From positions 55,142 to 119,141 of the forward strand of contig JALVVN010000006.1 of NCBI GenBank assembly GCA_027023405.1: DNA of 64,000 nucleotides, given 5' to 3'. Source of the stretch: Campylobacterales bacterium (GTDB lineage: Bacteria; Campylobacterota; Campylobacteria; Campylobacterales; QNZT01). Numbering within the stretch: position 1 is the first letter of the stretch; each line of letters starts with the position of its first letter. The translations under genes were made by a program, and so were the position numbers. This document shows, one piece after another, positions 17,994 to 28,241 of this stretch. Under the pieces are notes generated by a model. The model searched no databases. It worked only from the letters and a program-made list of their open reading frames with translations, and was not told the origin of the DNA.

Positions 17994-18734
17994 TCAACTA
18001 TTGATCTCCTCTTTAATGGTTCGAGCCAGTGTCTGCATATGGGTAATTTTTTCGTGATAATCAAGTGTTTCATCTAGCATGATGGAGACAAAAGCGCTTC
18101 CGACGATGACACCGTCCACTCCTTTGGCTTTGGATTTTGCTGTCTTTTCATTGACCCCGAAACCTATATAGATCGGCGTGTTACAAGATTGGCGGATATC
18201 GCTGATGACAGTGCTGAGATCTTCATCCACACCACTACCGGTAATACCGGCATAGGCAACGAGATAGATAAATTTGCTCGAATCTTTGGTGACAACTTCG
18301 ATCCGCTCTTTGGAATCGGTCGGTGCGACAAAATCGATAAGGTGCAGATTATTTTGATGACACTGTTCTTTATAACTTCTGCTCTCTTCGTGAGGGAGAT
18401 CGGGGATGATGAAGCCCTCCACTTGGTAGGATTTTGCCTGTTGGATAAAGTAGTCAAATCCCTTGTGATAAAAGGGATTCATATATCCCATCCAAAGTGT
18501 CTCTATCTGAGGGGCGATCTTGCCGGAGAGCTCCATGAGATCAGCGATCTTAAAACCTTTTTGCAGGGCTTTGAGATTGGCACTCTCGATGACAGGACCA
18601 TCAGCTACCGGATCGGAGAATGGGATACCTAGCTCCAAAATATCGACACCTGCCTCTTCGAGAGCCAGTGCGGCATCTTCGCTAAAATTGAGATCAGGAT
18701 AACCGGTAGTGATGTAGGCGACCAATTTTTTCAA
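17994..18734 (-). CDS. trpA: Tryptophan synthase alpha chain
   Basis: Motifs present: YITTGYPD, LELGIPFSDPVADGPVIE and AYAGITG; length is 246 aa. Confidence 0.9.
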   Translation of the reverse strand: MKKLVAYITTGYPDLNFSEDAALALEEAGVDILELGIPFSDPVADGPVIESANLKALQKGFKIADLMELSGKIAPQIETLWMGYMNPFYHKGFDYFIQQAKSYQVEGFIIPDLPHEESRSYKEQCHQNNLHLIDFVAPTDSKERIEVVTKDSSKFIYLVAYAGITGSGVDEDLSTVISDIRQSCNTPIYIGFGVNEKTAKSKAKGVDGVIVGSAFVSIMLDETLDYHEKITHMQTLARTIKEEINS

Positions 18735-18869
18735 AGCAACTCCCTCGTCATAATATAAGAGGGATTATAGCACGCTTTTTTTAGAGAACTCCTAAAAAAG
18801 AGATGTTACGAGAGGTAACACTCTGCTAACACTTCTGCTTTAAAATGGCTTAATCAATAAGGAGTGATT

Positions 18870-20321
18870 ATGAAAATTATCAGGAAAAGTGTTTTAGTGG
18901 CACTTCCGTTTGTATTGGGGGCTCCCTCTCTGTTTGCTACAAACGGAGACTATTTGATAGGGCTTGGTCCCAAAACGCGCGCAATGGGTGGTGCGGGTAT
19001 CGCCTATTCACTCGGTGCGGAGTCGGCATTGGTGAATCCCGCTTTGATCGAAAATAAGCGGGTAATGTTTGGTGGAAGTTATTTCTCTCCCGATGTAAAA
19101 TTTAAAAACGGTGTCGATACGACTGCCATTGGAGGAGCGGATTCAAAACCTAGCTATCAGGATAGTGACAAAGGCATTTCACTGATCCCCGAAGTGGCGA
19201 TCTCTTACCAGGTTGATGACGATACGGTATGGGGTGTAGGCATGTTCGGTATCGGCGGTATGGGTGTGGACTATTATGATGATCAGACCTTTTACGGCAA
19301 TCCCTTCAAGCGTCATCGTCCTGATCCAAAAACACCTCAAAATGAGTATATCGGAACGAAAAACGGTACCAATCAACTCACGACAAATATTCAAATTATG
19401 TCTTTTGCGCTTCCCTATGCAAAGCGCATCAATGAAAAACTTCGTATCGGTATTGTACCGGTGATTATGTATGGTGCATTTGGAATGTCTTTCAACAGCG
19501 GTGCCTATCAACCCGATGGACAAGGTGGCTTTCACAATGTCAATACCGGTGCGGGGACGAGTGAAGATATTGGATTTGGAGCGCAGTTTGGGCTTGGGTA
19601 TAATGTGTAAGACTTTGAGGTCAAAGATGTCAAGGTAAAAAATCTTCAACTTGGTCTCGTGCTCAAAACACCGATCAAGATGACTTATGATCATCAAATT
19701 TCCGCCGCTACCCAAGCCTTTGGACTTAAAGGGTTTTCCGATGATTTGACACAACCGGGAGAGATAGGCGTGGGACTGGCGTATAAGCTTGACAAGGTAC
19801 AGACGATTCTTTTTGACTACCGAAACATTATGTGGGGAAGCGCTGCGGGATATGAGGATTTTGGTTGGAAAAATCAAAATGTATTTGCTTTGGGATACGA
19901 AAAAGCAGGCTATGATCTCACTTGGCGATTTGGTTACAACTATGCCAAGAGCCCTATTCGGGAGCAAAAGAGCGGACCGGCATTTGATCAAAACGGATTT
20001 AACTATAAAAACTACAAAGCTGCTGTCCTGAACTACTTTAATCTCGCCGGCTTTCCGGCACTACCGGAACAACATTTTACCTTTGGTTTGGGTAAACGAA
20101 TCAATCAACATACTTCTCTTGATTTTGCTTTTGTCTATTCACCGTCTGAAACCGTTACATACGATACTTCCGCACTCTCCCAGACGCAAACGGCAGGTTT
20201 AGCCGGTGGGAAAAAGATGCCGGCACAAGTAGCTCAAAATCTTGCTAAAGTCACAAGCAAAGCCTCTGCGAAACACAGCCAGATCTCTTTTACGATCGGT
20301 CTAAACATTAAATACTATTAA
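18870..20321 (+). pseudogene. FadL/OMPP1/TodX-family outer-membrane transport protein interrupted by one in-frame TAA
   Basis: The track ORFs 18864-19610 and 19659-20321 are in the same frame. They read through as ...FGAQFGLGYNV-TAA(19608-19610)-DFEVKDVKVKNLQLGLVLKTPIKMTYD.... The N-terminus (signal peptide, GLGPKTRAMGGAGIAYSLGAESALVNPA) and the aromatic C-terminus (IGLNIKYY) fit a single FadL-type barrel. Confidence 0.75.
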
Positions 20322-20338
20322 TAAATTTTAGATAAAAT

Positions 20339-20369
20339 CTCTCTATTAACAATTATAGAGAGGTTTTTT
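20339..20369 (+). terminator. Rho-independent terminator after the FadL-like gene
   Basis: An 8-bp stem ctctctat (20339-20346) / atagagag (20355-20362) has an 8-nt loop and is followed by g + TTTTTT (20364-20369). Confidence 0.55.
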
Positions 20370-20370
20370 G

Positions 20371-21183
20371 ATGAGTATCCATACACCGAAGATCGACAAA
20401 AAGGTAACCGTCAGCACGATTAAACAGATGAAGGGCAAGGAGCCGATCGTGATGATTACGGCGTATGACGCACTCTTTGCAAAGCTTTTTGACGGGAGCG
20501 TCGAGATGATCTTGGTGGGGGATAGCCTCAATATGAGCTTCTCGGGCAAACCCGACACACTCTCGGCAAATATGGAGCTGATGCTCTACCACACCCGTGC
20601 GGTGTGTAACGGCGCCAAACTTCCGCTCATCGTTATCGATATGCCCTTTGGCTCCTACACTTCCAAAGAGCTTGCGATCAAAAATTCGATTCGTGCCTAT
20701 CGTGAAACCGATGCCCAAGCGGTCAAGATCGAAGGGGGTGCCGATCGTGCGGAGATCATTAAAACTTTGACCGATTCGAGTGTCGCTGTTGTCGGACATA
20801 TCGGTTTGATGCCCCAATTCGTCCGAAGCGAAGGGGGTTATAAAGTACGCGGGAAAGATGAGGAGGATATCCAAAGACTCATCAAAGATGCCAAAGCGAT
20901 CGAAGAGGCGGGAGCCTTTGCGTTGGTTGTCGAAGGGGTCAAATCGGAAGCGGCAAAGCGGATCACGGAAGCGGTGTCGATCCCCACGATCGGTATCGGT
21001 GCAGGACCGGATACGGATGGTCAAGTATTGGTGTGGAGCGATATGTTTGGTTTTTTTGAGGATTTTAAGCCCAAATTTGTCAAGCGTTACTTGGAGGGCG
21101 GTAAGCTTGTCAGAGAGGCGTTGGGCAACTATGTCGATGAGGTCAAAAACCGTCAATTTCCTAGCGAGGAGTACACCTACTAA
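20371..21183 (+). CDS. panB: 3-methyl-2-oxobutanoate hydroxymethyltransferase
   Basis: Motifs present: [35 protein letters not shown] and IGHIGLMPQ. Confidence 0.93.
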   Translation: MSIHTPKIDKKVTVSTIKQMKGKEPIVMITAYDALFAKLFDGSVEMILVGDSLNMSFSGKPDTLSANMELMLYHTRAVCNGAKLPLIVIDMPFGSYTSKELAIKNSIRAYRETDAQAVKIEGGADRAEIIKTLTDSSVAVVGHIGLMPQFVRSEGGYKVRGKDEEDIQRLIKDAKAIEEAGAFALVVEGVKSEAAKRITEAVSIPTIGIGAGPDTDGQVLVWSDMFGFFEDFKPKFVKRYLEGGKLVREALGNYVDEVKNRQFPSEEYTY

Positions 21184-21185
21184 CG

Positions 21186-22202
21186 ATGGAGAAACGAATT
21201 GTAGAGATGGAGAAGTTTGACTTCGAGAGTGATGATGAAGTCTCACTTCGACCCAGTTCGTGGGATGAGTACATCGGGCAGGAGAAGATCAAGAAAAATC
21301 TCCAAGTCTTTATCAAAGCGGCGCAAAAGAGAGGGGAGAGTCTCGATCATATCCTTTTCTTCGGTCCTCCGGGGCTTGGAAAAACGACGATGGCAAATAT
21401 TATCGCATCTCAAATGGGTGCCAATATCAAGACAACTGCCGCACCGATGATTGAAAAGAGTGGCGATCTCGCAGCGATCTTGACCAATCTCGAAGAGGGA
21501 GATGTGCTCTTTATCGATGAGATTCATCGACTCTCCCCCGCTATCGAGGAGATTCTCTATCCGGCGATGGAGGATTTTCGGCTCGATATCATTATCGGAA
21601 GCGGTCCCGCGGCACAGACAATCAAGCTTGATCTTCCCCGATTTACCCTCATCGGTGCGACGACGCGCGCGGGGATGATCTCCTCGCCACTTCGGGATCG
21701 CTTCGGAATGCATTTTCGGTTGCAGTTTTACAATGCACAGGAGTTGGCGCAGATCATTAAACAAGCGGCACTCAAATTGGAATTTCTTGCTGAAGATGAT
21801 GCAGCTAACGAGATCGCCAAACGGAGTCGAGGAACACCACGAATCGCACTGCGACTTCTCAAGCGTGTGAGAGATTTTGCGATGGTCGAAGATGAGGAGC
21901 AGATCAGCTTAGATCGCGCGAAATATGCGCTCGATGAGTTGGGTGTGGACGATCGCGGATTTGACGAGATGGATCTGCGCTTTTTGGAGCTACTGCTGGG
22001 TGCCAAAGGGAGACCGATGGGGTTGGGAACGATTGCCGCGACGCTGAGTGAGGATGAGGGGACGATCGAAGATGTGATTGAGCCTTTTTTGATTGCCAAC
22101 GGTTATGTCGAAAAGACTGCGAGAGGACGGGTTGCGACACCCAAGTGCTATGACTATTTTCGTCTCACACCTCCATCACAGCAAGGGGCACTTTTTGAAT
22201 AG
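21186..22202 (+). CDS. ruvB: Holliday junction branch migration helicase RuvB
   Basis: Motifs present: [13 protein letters not shown], Walker [10 protein letters not shown], Walker [10 protein letters not shown], and sensor and arginine-finger regions ([16 protein letters not shown]). Confidence 0.96.
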   Translation: MEKRIVEMEKFDFESDDEVSLRPSSWDEYIGQEKIKKNLQVFIKAAQKRGESLDHILFFGPPGLGKTTMANIIASQMGANIKTTAAPMIEKSGDLAAILTNLEEGDVLFIDEIHRLSPAIEEILYPAMEDFRLDIIIGSGPAAQTIKLDLPRFTLIGATTRAGMISSPLRDRFGMHFRLQFYNAQELAQIIKQAALKLEFLAEDDAANEIAKRSRGTPRIALRLLKRVRDFAMVEDEEQISLDRAKYALDELGVDDRGFDEMDLRFLELLLGAKGRPMGLGTIAATLSEDEGTIEDVIEPFLIANGYVEKTARGRVATPKCYDYFRLTPPSQQGALFE

Positions 22203-23229
22203 AAAATATTTCCTTTTGGGTCTGTTTCTACTCGTACTTTATGGAATGTGGTATCTCTATCGTCCCTTTTTGATGCCGATGTTTATCGCCGCACTGCTTG
22301 CTCTAGCGACCAATAGTCTCAATACCTATGTCAAGCGCTATGTCAAATACAATATTTTGACTGCTATTGTGATGTCGTTGGGATTGGGACTACTCTTCTT
22401 CGCACCACTAGTTTATGCAATCAATGCTTCGACGCAGATCGTCAATAACTTCGATTCCGCTGTGGTCGATAAGATCGTAGGGCTCAAGCATTCTCTTCAT
22501 TTGAGTGATTCACTCGGTGCACTTAAGCCACATATCAAAGCGTTTCTCGATTCCCTCAATTCCCAGGAGATCACGGCAAATATCGTGAAATTTGCTTCAA
22601 CTACGCTCAAAAAGAGTGCCGGTTTTTTCAAAGATATGGTGCTCATCCTCATCTTTTTCTTTTTTGCCAATCTCTATGCGAGGGAGTTGACCCGCTTTCT
22701 GAAAGATATATTGCCCTTTGATGAAAATTCCCCCTTTTTCCAAGAGATTTCGGGTGTAATGAGTGTTGTGTTTTATTCGACGCTATTAACCGCACTTTTA
22801 GAAGGGGCGCTCTTTGCGATTATCGTGATGTTTTACGGTTACGATGGTTTGCTTTTTGGGATACTTTACGGTTTCTCTTCACTGATTCCTGTCATTGGCG
22901 GGCTTGTGATGTGGTTACCTCTGGCTCTCTATGAATATGCCAGCGGGCATGCCAGTGCAGCGATTGTGATTACAGTTTATTCGATTGTGGTGATCTCTTT
23001 TATCGCCGATACGATTATCAAACCGGTGATTATTAAATATGTACGAGAAAAAATGACCAATGAACATATGCAAATCAATGAGATCGTAATCTTTTTCGCT
23101 ATTATCGCTGGACTTTCAACTTACGGATTTTGGGGGATGATCATTGGACCGGCGATTACCACTTTCTTTATCTCCCTAGCAAAGATTTATCAAAAATTTC
23201 TACATGAGGAGAAGATTAATGATCGCTAA
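22195..23229 (+). CDS. AI-2E family (PerM/YhhT-like) transporter
   Basis: A polytopic membrane protein with the conserved C-terminal half of the family ([39 protein letters not shown]). The upstream part of the track ORF (22093-) overlaps ruvB, so a TTG at 22195 is proposed as the start and remains uncertain. Confidence 0.75.
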   Translation: MNRKYFLLGLFLLVLYGMWYLYRPFLMPMFIAALLALATNSLNTYVKRYVKYNILTAIVMSLGLGLLFFAPLVYAINASTQIVNNFDSAVVDKIVGLKHSLHLSDSLGALKPHIKAFLDSLNSQEITANIVKFASTTLKKSAGFFKDMVLILIFFFFANLYARELTRFLKDILPFDENSPFFQEISGVMSVVFYSTLLTALLEGALFAIIVMFYGYDGLLFGILYGFSSLIPVIGGLVMWLPLALYEYASGHASAAIVITVYSIVVISFIADTIIKPVIIKYVREKMTNEHMQINEIVIFFAIIAGLSTYGFWGMIIGPAITTFFISLAKIYQKFLHEEKINDR

Positions 23230-24079
23230 AATTGCTTTGATATTATTGGCATCAATGCTACTGAGTGCCAAAGAGGATTTATTTTTTGATATCTCCTCTG
23301 AACAGACGGCAAATGCCAAAACGGTTTTGGTCGATCTCTATCCGAGCCATCCGTTTCATAAAGCCTATGTTGCCTTTTTGGGTAAACGCTACCCCTTTTT
23401 CAAGCGCCCTGATGAGAGCGGTTACTATGCACTCATTCCTACCTCCTACTACCAAAAACCGCTTCATACCCAAGCAACGATCGTTACTGTTGATCAGCGT
23501 AAACACTATCTATCGCTACCGATTGAGATTCAAGATGGACACTACAAGCGGGAGTCTTTGCGGGTGAATCCCTCCAAAGCACACTTTAGCAAAACAGCAA
23601 AGGTAAGAATTGCCAAAGAGCTCAAAGAGGCGAAGAAGATTTACAACACTTACACTCCCAAGCTCTATATTCACTCTCCCTTCATTCTTCCGTTGCATAG
23701 CAAGATCACGAGTGCATTTGGTAACAAACGGCTTTTTAACGGTACACTCAAAAGCTACCACTCCGGAACCGATTTTCGTGCCAAAACGGGTACGCCTATC
23801 ATCGCATCAAATCGTGGTCGCGTCGTCTTGGTCAAAAATCGCTTCTTTGCCGGTAATTCGGTCATTATCGATCACGGAGAGGGGATTTATAGCGGGTATT
23901 ACCATTTGAGTAAATTTGCCGTCAATGTGGGAGATATAGTCGAAAAAGGGCAGGTAATAGGCTACTCAGGTGCGACAGGTCGCGTGACGGGACCACATCT
24001 GCATTTTACCTTTCATGTTGGAGGGGTATGCGTCGATCCGCTTCAGTTTGTGGAGCTGGCGAATCGGTATCTGTTATAG
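23204..24079 (+). CDS. M23-family metallopeptidase (LytM-type)
   Basis: It has a signal peptide and M23 motifs: HSGTDFRA, DHGEGIYSGYYHLS and TGPHLHFTFHVGG. Confidence 0.85.
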   Translation: MRRRLMIAKIALILLASMLLSAKEDLFFDISSEQTANAKTVLVDLYPSHPFHKAYVAFLGKRYPFFKRPDESGYYALIPTSYYQKPLHTQATIVTVDQRKHYLSLPIEIQDGHYKRESLRVNPSKAHFSKTAKVRIAKELKEAKKIYNTYTPKLYIHSPFILPLHSKITSAFGNKRLFNGTLKSYHSGTDFRAKTGTPIIASNRGRVVLVKNRFFAGNSVIIDHGEGIYSGYYHLSKFAVNVGDIVEKGQVIGYSGATGRVTGPHLHFTFHVGGVCVDPLQFVELANRYLL

Positions 24080-24153
24080 GGGTTTAAAAATTTCAATTTG
24101 AAATATTTTTGAGCTTTATCGTAGTAAAAGTGTTACAATAACATTAAAAAAGG

Positions 24154-25182
24154 ATGTATGTTATGGTGAGTAATTCCCAAAGATCACAGGAGCTTGCAAA
24201 TCAAGAGATATTGAGAGCTAGACATTGTCACAAAGAGCCACAAAATAGTTTAAAAGTTGGTGGATTGTTTGCGGGGATTGGTGGAATTGAACTTGGGTTT
24301 AAAAGAGCCGGTTTTGAAATTTCGTGGGCAAATGAAATCGATAAACATGCTGCAATTACATACAAATTAAATCATGAGCATACACTTTTTGAAAAAGATA
24401 TTAGAAAGCTTCAAGTCGATGAAGTGAGTAAAATTGATATCTTAACCGGCGGATTTCCGTGTCAAGCTTTTTCCATAGCGGGGTATCGAAAAGGGTTTCA
24501 AGATGATAGAGGGAATGTTTTTTTTGAAATACTACGGTTTATCGATGCCTTGTCTCCACAAGTTATTTTTTTAGAAAATGTCAAAAATCTACAAAGCCAT
24601 GATAATGGGAATACATTTAAAATTATTTTGAATGAACTTCAAGAAAGAGGCTATTTTATCAAACACAAAGTACTTAATAGTGCTGAATATGCTAATGTCC
24701 CTCAGAATCGGGAGAGAATATATATAGTCGGTTTTAGAGACAAAGATGCATACAATCGCTTTAGTTTTCCACAGCCAATCAAGCTAACTAAGAGCGTGAA
24801 TGAACTCATAGATGATGAGGTTGAAGAGAGGTTTTATTATACAAGCAGTAGGTATTATGATCAACTCAAACAAGAGATGAAAAGGAGCGATACAGTCTAT
24901 CAGTGGCGAAGAAAATATGTTAGAGAAAACAAAAGTAAGCTTTGCCCGACACTCACTGCCAATATGGGGACAGGCGGTCATAATGTGCCACTTATTATAG
25001 ATAAAAAAGATATCCGAAAATTGACACCTAGAGAGTGCGCAAGATTTCAAGGATATGATGATAACTTTATCTTCTCGGATAAAATGGCACTCTCGCACCT
25101 TTATAAACAGATAGGAAATTCTGTGACGGTTCCTGTGATAGAAGCCATTGCCAAAGAGATTAAAAAGGCTTTGCGTGCATAG
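24154..25182 (+). CDS. DNA (cytosine-5)-methyltransferase, type II R-M modification subunit
   Basis: The canonical m5C motif order is present: I GLFAGIGG, IV GGFPCQAFS, VI FLENVKN, VIII PQNRERIYIVGF, then TPRECARFQGY and X QIGNSV. The region is visibly more AT-rich than its flanks. Confidence 0.93.
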   Translation: MYVMVSNSQRSQELANQEILRARHCHKEPQNSLKVGGLFAGIGGIELGFKRAGFEISWANEIDKHAAITYKLNHEHTLFEKDIRKLQVDEVSKIDILTGGFPCQAFSIAGYRKGFQDDRGNVFFEILRFIDALSPQVIFLENVKNLQSHDNGNTFKIILNELQERGYFIKHKVLNSAEYANVPQNRERIYIVGFRDKDAYNRFSFPQPIKLTKSVNELIDDEVEERFYYTSSRYYDQLKQEMKRSDTVYQWRRKYVRENKSKLCPTLTANMGTGGHNVPLIIDKKDIRKLTPRECARFQGYDDNFIFSDKMALSHLYKQIGNSVTVPVIEAIAKEIKKALRA

Positions 25183-25921
25183 ATATCTTGATGCACTAAA
25201 AGAGTACGATTATAAAAAAAGCGCGATTAAGGGCATTGCTCAAAAGTTTGGCTTAAGCGAGTCAGAGTTAAAGAGATATTACCAAACAAAATTTTTTAGT
25301 GATGTAGCAAATGTCATTGATCTAAGTGAATTGGCGCATCATAATATTGAGCAAATTGAACAAATTTTAGAGGACGAGACACTCAAGAAAGAGTTTAAGT
25401 TTATTAAGACCGATTTAAAAAAAATCATTGAAAAATCGTTATATATTGCTATGACAAATGGGTTTAGCTCAAATATCAATCGTATTGAAAGCGGTGTGAT
25501 GACAGCAAATGCAGGAGATAGCGCAGAGTTTATCTTTGTAGCAAGAGCAATTTTAGCCGGATTTAATTGTAGCAGTGTAGATGTGCGTAGCAGTAGATAT
25601 GATGCCATTATCGACTACAATGATAAGCTTTTACGGGTACAGATCAAGGGTATTAGTACGGGGAATACGATTAGCTTCAAAGATAGAGATCGCGGTGGTC
25701 AGGGAATAGATCATCGGCACGAGCGAAATAGAGGTCGACGAATTACGAAAAAAGATTGCGATATCTATGTTGCAGTTGATAAACAAGTCGGCATTTGTTA
25801 TATTATTCCTATGAAATGGGCTGATGCGCTGAGCGATGACAAATGCAAGAGTATTAAATTAAGTGAAGTAAGCTACTATAAAGAAAATTGGACTGTCATT
25901 AAAGAGATGACAGCGTCATAA
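25148..25921 (+). CDS. Putative cognate restriction endonuclease: N-terminal HTH-like region plus PD-(D/E)XK-type nuclease core
   Basis: It overlaps the methyltransferase 3' end. The C-terminal half (GDSAEFIFVARAILAGF...YDAIIDYNDKLLRVQIKG...CDIYVAVDKQVGICYIIP) fits the E...D...(E/Q)xK layout of PD-(D/E)XK nucleases. The N-terminal SAIKGIAQKFGLSESELKRYY looks like a helix-turn-helix. The start is unresolved (TTG 25148 or GTG 25175). Confidence 0.55.
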   Translation: MPKRLKRLCVHRYLDALKEYDYKKSAIKGIAQKFGLSESELKRYYQTKFFSDVANVIDLSELAHHNIEQIEQILEDETLKKEFKFIKTDLKKIIEKSLYIAMTNGFSSNINRIESGVMTANAGDSAEFIFVARAILAGFNCSSVDVRSSRYDAIIDYNDKLLRVQIKGISTGNTISFKDRDRGGQGIDHRHERNRGRRITKKDCDIYVAVDKQVGICYIIPMKWADALSDDKCKSIKLSEVSYYKENWTVIKEMTAS

Positions 25922-25935
25922 TAGGTGATATTTTT

Positions 25936-27051
25936 ATGTTAAAAATCTATTTTATTTTGGTTATCGTATTTCTGTCTGCGTTCGCATCGAGTAGCAAAAC
26001 CTGCAAAGCGTGTCATACGGAAATCTACCAAGAGTATCGAAGCTCTATCCACGCCAACGCTTCAATCTTTAAAGATCCGATCTTCAATGCGATTTGGAGT
26101 AGGCATCCGCTTCATAAAAAGGGAAATTTCAAGTGTGCCAAGTGCCATATTCCCTCAGATCACGCCTATTTTAAAAGTGGTAAGCTAGAGAAAAATGATA
26201 GTGAGATGAATGAGCCCATCTCATGCCAAACATGCCACCAGATCAAAGCGGTGACTCACGGGGAAAAGGCGAATAAAAATCACTATCTCAAAAAGGATCG
26301 CTACTTCTACGCGGCAGATGAGAAAAATCGGGGGAAAATTGAAAAATTTTCTCATACATGGGGGTTTTTCGGTATTTTTGCCAAAAGCAAGGGCTCACCT
26401 TACCATGCGATAGATTATACCAATGAGCTTTACTACAATGGTGGTGTCTGCCTAGGGTGTCATTCACATAAAGAGTCTGATAACGGGTTTAAGGTGTGTT
26501 CCTTGGAGGTCAAAGAGTCCAAGGACTCGAAAGAGACATGCATCACTTGTCATCAACCCAAAACGCAAGGCTCATTTGTCAATCTCAAAGATAGTAAAAC
26601 ACATAGAAGCCATGCCATCTCTCTACGAGAGGATAGCTACAAACAGTTAGGGAAATATATCGATCTGAACATTACCAACAAAGAGGATAGCATCCAAATT
26701 AGTATCAAAAACCATGCAAATCACGCCCTTTTTGTTCATCCCATTAGAGAGGGGGAGTTAAGAGTTGAGATCAATGGTAAAGAGATTCAAAGAGTGAAAC
26801 TGCATCGAATCATAGGAAAAGACGGCAAACCATCTGCGCCCTGGCTTGCGAATAGTGTCATCAAAGATACCACACTCAAAGCTTTTGAAAAGCGAGATAT
26901 TACCGTAGAGCATACCCTCCAAAAGGGTGATAGGGTAGAAGCCATACTCGGTTATTATCTGATTCGTCCCAAAGTTGCCAAAAAGTTGAATATTACTGAT
27001 GAGAGATTGACAAAATTTAGAATATTAAAGAGGATTTTCAAAAGTTTCTAA
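25936..27051 (+). CDS. Periplasmic pentaheme c-type cytochrome
   Basis: It has a signal peptide and five CxxCH motifs (CKACH, CAKCH, CQTCH, CLGCH, CITCH) in the first about 210 aa, followed by a heme-free C-terminal domain. Confidence 0.8.
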   Translation: MLKIYFILVIVFLSAFASSSKTCKACHTEIYQEYRSSIHANASIFKDPIFNAIWSRHPLHKKGNFKCAKCHIPSDHAYFKSGKLEKNDSEMNEPISCQTCHQIKAVTHGEKANKNHYLKKDRYFYAADEKNRGKIEKFSHTWGFFGIFAKSKGSPYHAIDYTNELYYNGGVCLGCHSHKESDNGFKVCSLEVKESKDSKETCITCHQPKTQGSFVNLKDSKTHRSHAISLREDSYKQLGKYIDLNITNKEDSIQISIKNHANHALFVHPIREGELRVEINGKEIQRVKLHRIIGKDGKPSAPWLANSVIKDTTLKAFEKRDITVEHTLQKGDRVEAILGYYLIRPKVAKKLNITDERLTKFRILKRIFKSF

Positions 27052-27079
27052 AATATTTCAATATAGAGGGAATGACTTT

Positions 27080-27088
27080 TGCTATAAT
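27080..27088 (+). promoter_or_regulatory. Extended -10 promoter element (TGcTATAAT) upstream of the efflux operon
   Basis: The sequence ttTGcTATAATag lies 24 nt upstream of the GTG start at 27112, with an AGGA Shine-Dalgarno in between. Confidence 0.4.
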
Positions 27089-27111
27089 AGAAAAAAATTA
27101 TAGGATTTCTC

Positions 27112-28239
27112 GTGAAAAAAATCGGAACACCACTCTTGCTTCTCTTGATTGCCTTTTTCGTATGGATGCTTTATGACTATTTGAGCTATCGTCATCACAA
27201 CGCGGTGAGTAATGCCGCTTTTGTCAAGAGTGACGCGATCTACACACTCGGTTTTAAAGTAGGCGGGAAAATCACGCAGGTCAATTACCAAGAGGGCGAT
27301 CGGGTCGATGCAAACGCGACGCTTGCGCTACTAGATGCGAGTGATTTTCAGATCGCTTATGAGGAATTGGATCATGCGATTAAGGCATTGGAGTCCAAAC
27401 AGCAAGCACTCCGCTCCAAGCGTGAACGCCTCTTCAAAGAGCTAGGGATCAAGAGCGATATCTCCCAAAACAATATCCATCTCAGCGATACCAAAAAGGA
27501 GTCGATCTCTTTTCGACTCAAATCTCTTCAACCGCAGATCGACAAACTTGCCAAAGATCGGAAGCGTTATCGATCATTACTGCATTCACATCTTATTTCA
27601 GAGGCAGATTTTGAGGCAATTGACAGCAAATATAAAACCTTGCTCGATCAAAAAAGTGCTTTGCAAAAAGAGCTCGAATCCTTTAGCGAGTCGATCCAAA
27701 ATGTCCGATACTCTCACCACCTCAGTCAGCTGGAGCAGAATCAAGTCAAAGAGCTTGATCTCGATATCCAAGCACTATCTGAGCAGATCCAAGCCCAAAA
27801 AGAGCACGCCAAACTATTGGCACAAAAGATTGACTACTGCAGACTCAAAAGCCCTATCAAAGGAGTGATCGCCAAACGCTTTGCCAATGTCGGTAGAGTC
27901 GTAGGTAAAGGAAGTCCGATCTATGCCGTGGTCGATCCCCACCACAAACATGTCGAAGTGCTACTCTCCGAAAAGAAACTACACGGCATCAAGGCAGGAA
28001 ACAAGGCGACGATCACGACTGAAGCGCTCAAAAAGCGTGAACTCAATGGCGTGGTCGAGAGTATCGCACCCACCTCCGCTTCGACCTTTTCGCTCGTACC
28101 GCGTGATATCGCCAGTGGTGAATTTACCAAGCTCGATCAGCGCTTTGTCGTGCGCATCCGCATCGAAGAAGATCCCAAAATCGTCGATCAGCTCTATATC
28201 GGAATGGGTGCATCGGTCGCTATCGAGAGGAGCGAGTAA
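27112..28239 (+). CDS. HlyD/EmrA-family membrane fusion protein of an efflux pump
   Basis: It has an N-terminal TM anchor, a lipoyl-like motif (GKITQVNYQEGDRV), a long coiled-coil hairpin and a beta-barrel region (LKSPIKGVIAKRFANVG). Confidence 0.85.
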   Translation: MKKIGTPLLLLLIAFFVWMLYDYLSYRHHNAVSNAAFVKSDAIYTLGFKVGGKITQVNYQEGDRVDANATLALLDASDFQIAYEELDHAIKALESKQQALRSKRERLFKELGIKSDISQNNIHLSDTKKESISFRLKSLQPQIDKLAKDRKRYRSLLHSHLISEADFEAIDSKYKTLLDQKSALQKELESFSESIQNVRYSHHLSQLEQNQVKELDLDIQALSEQIQAQKEHAKLLAQKIDYCRLKSPIKGVIAKRFANVGRVVGKGSPIYAVVDPHHKHVEVLLSEKKLHGIKAGNKATITTEALKKRELNGVVESIAPTSASTFSLVPRDIASGEFTKLDQRFVVRIRIEEDPKIVDQLYIGMGASVAIERSE

Positions 28240-28241
28240 CC

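Noticed and set aside
19179-19991. A 270-aa minus-strand ORF spanning the FadL-like stop codon.
   Set aside because: It is antisense to the FadL-family frame, which carries the signal peptide and OMP terminus. Its composition is low-complexity and it has no ribosome-binding site.
20353-21246. A 297-aa ORF on the minus strand covering the whole panB region.
   Set aside because: It is antisense to an unmistakable panB. Its product is Arg/His/Leu/Asp-rich with no motif, signal or start context, so it is a typical shadow ORF of a well-conserved gene.
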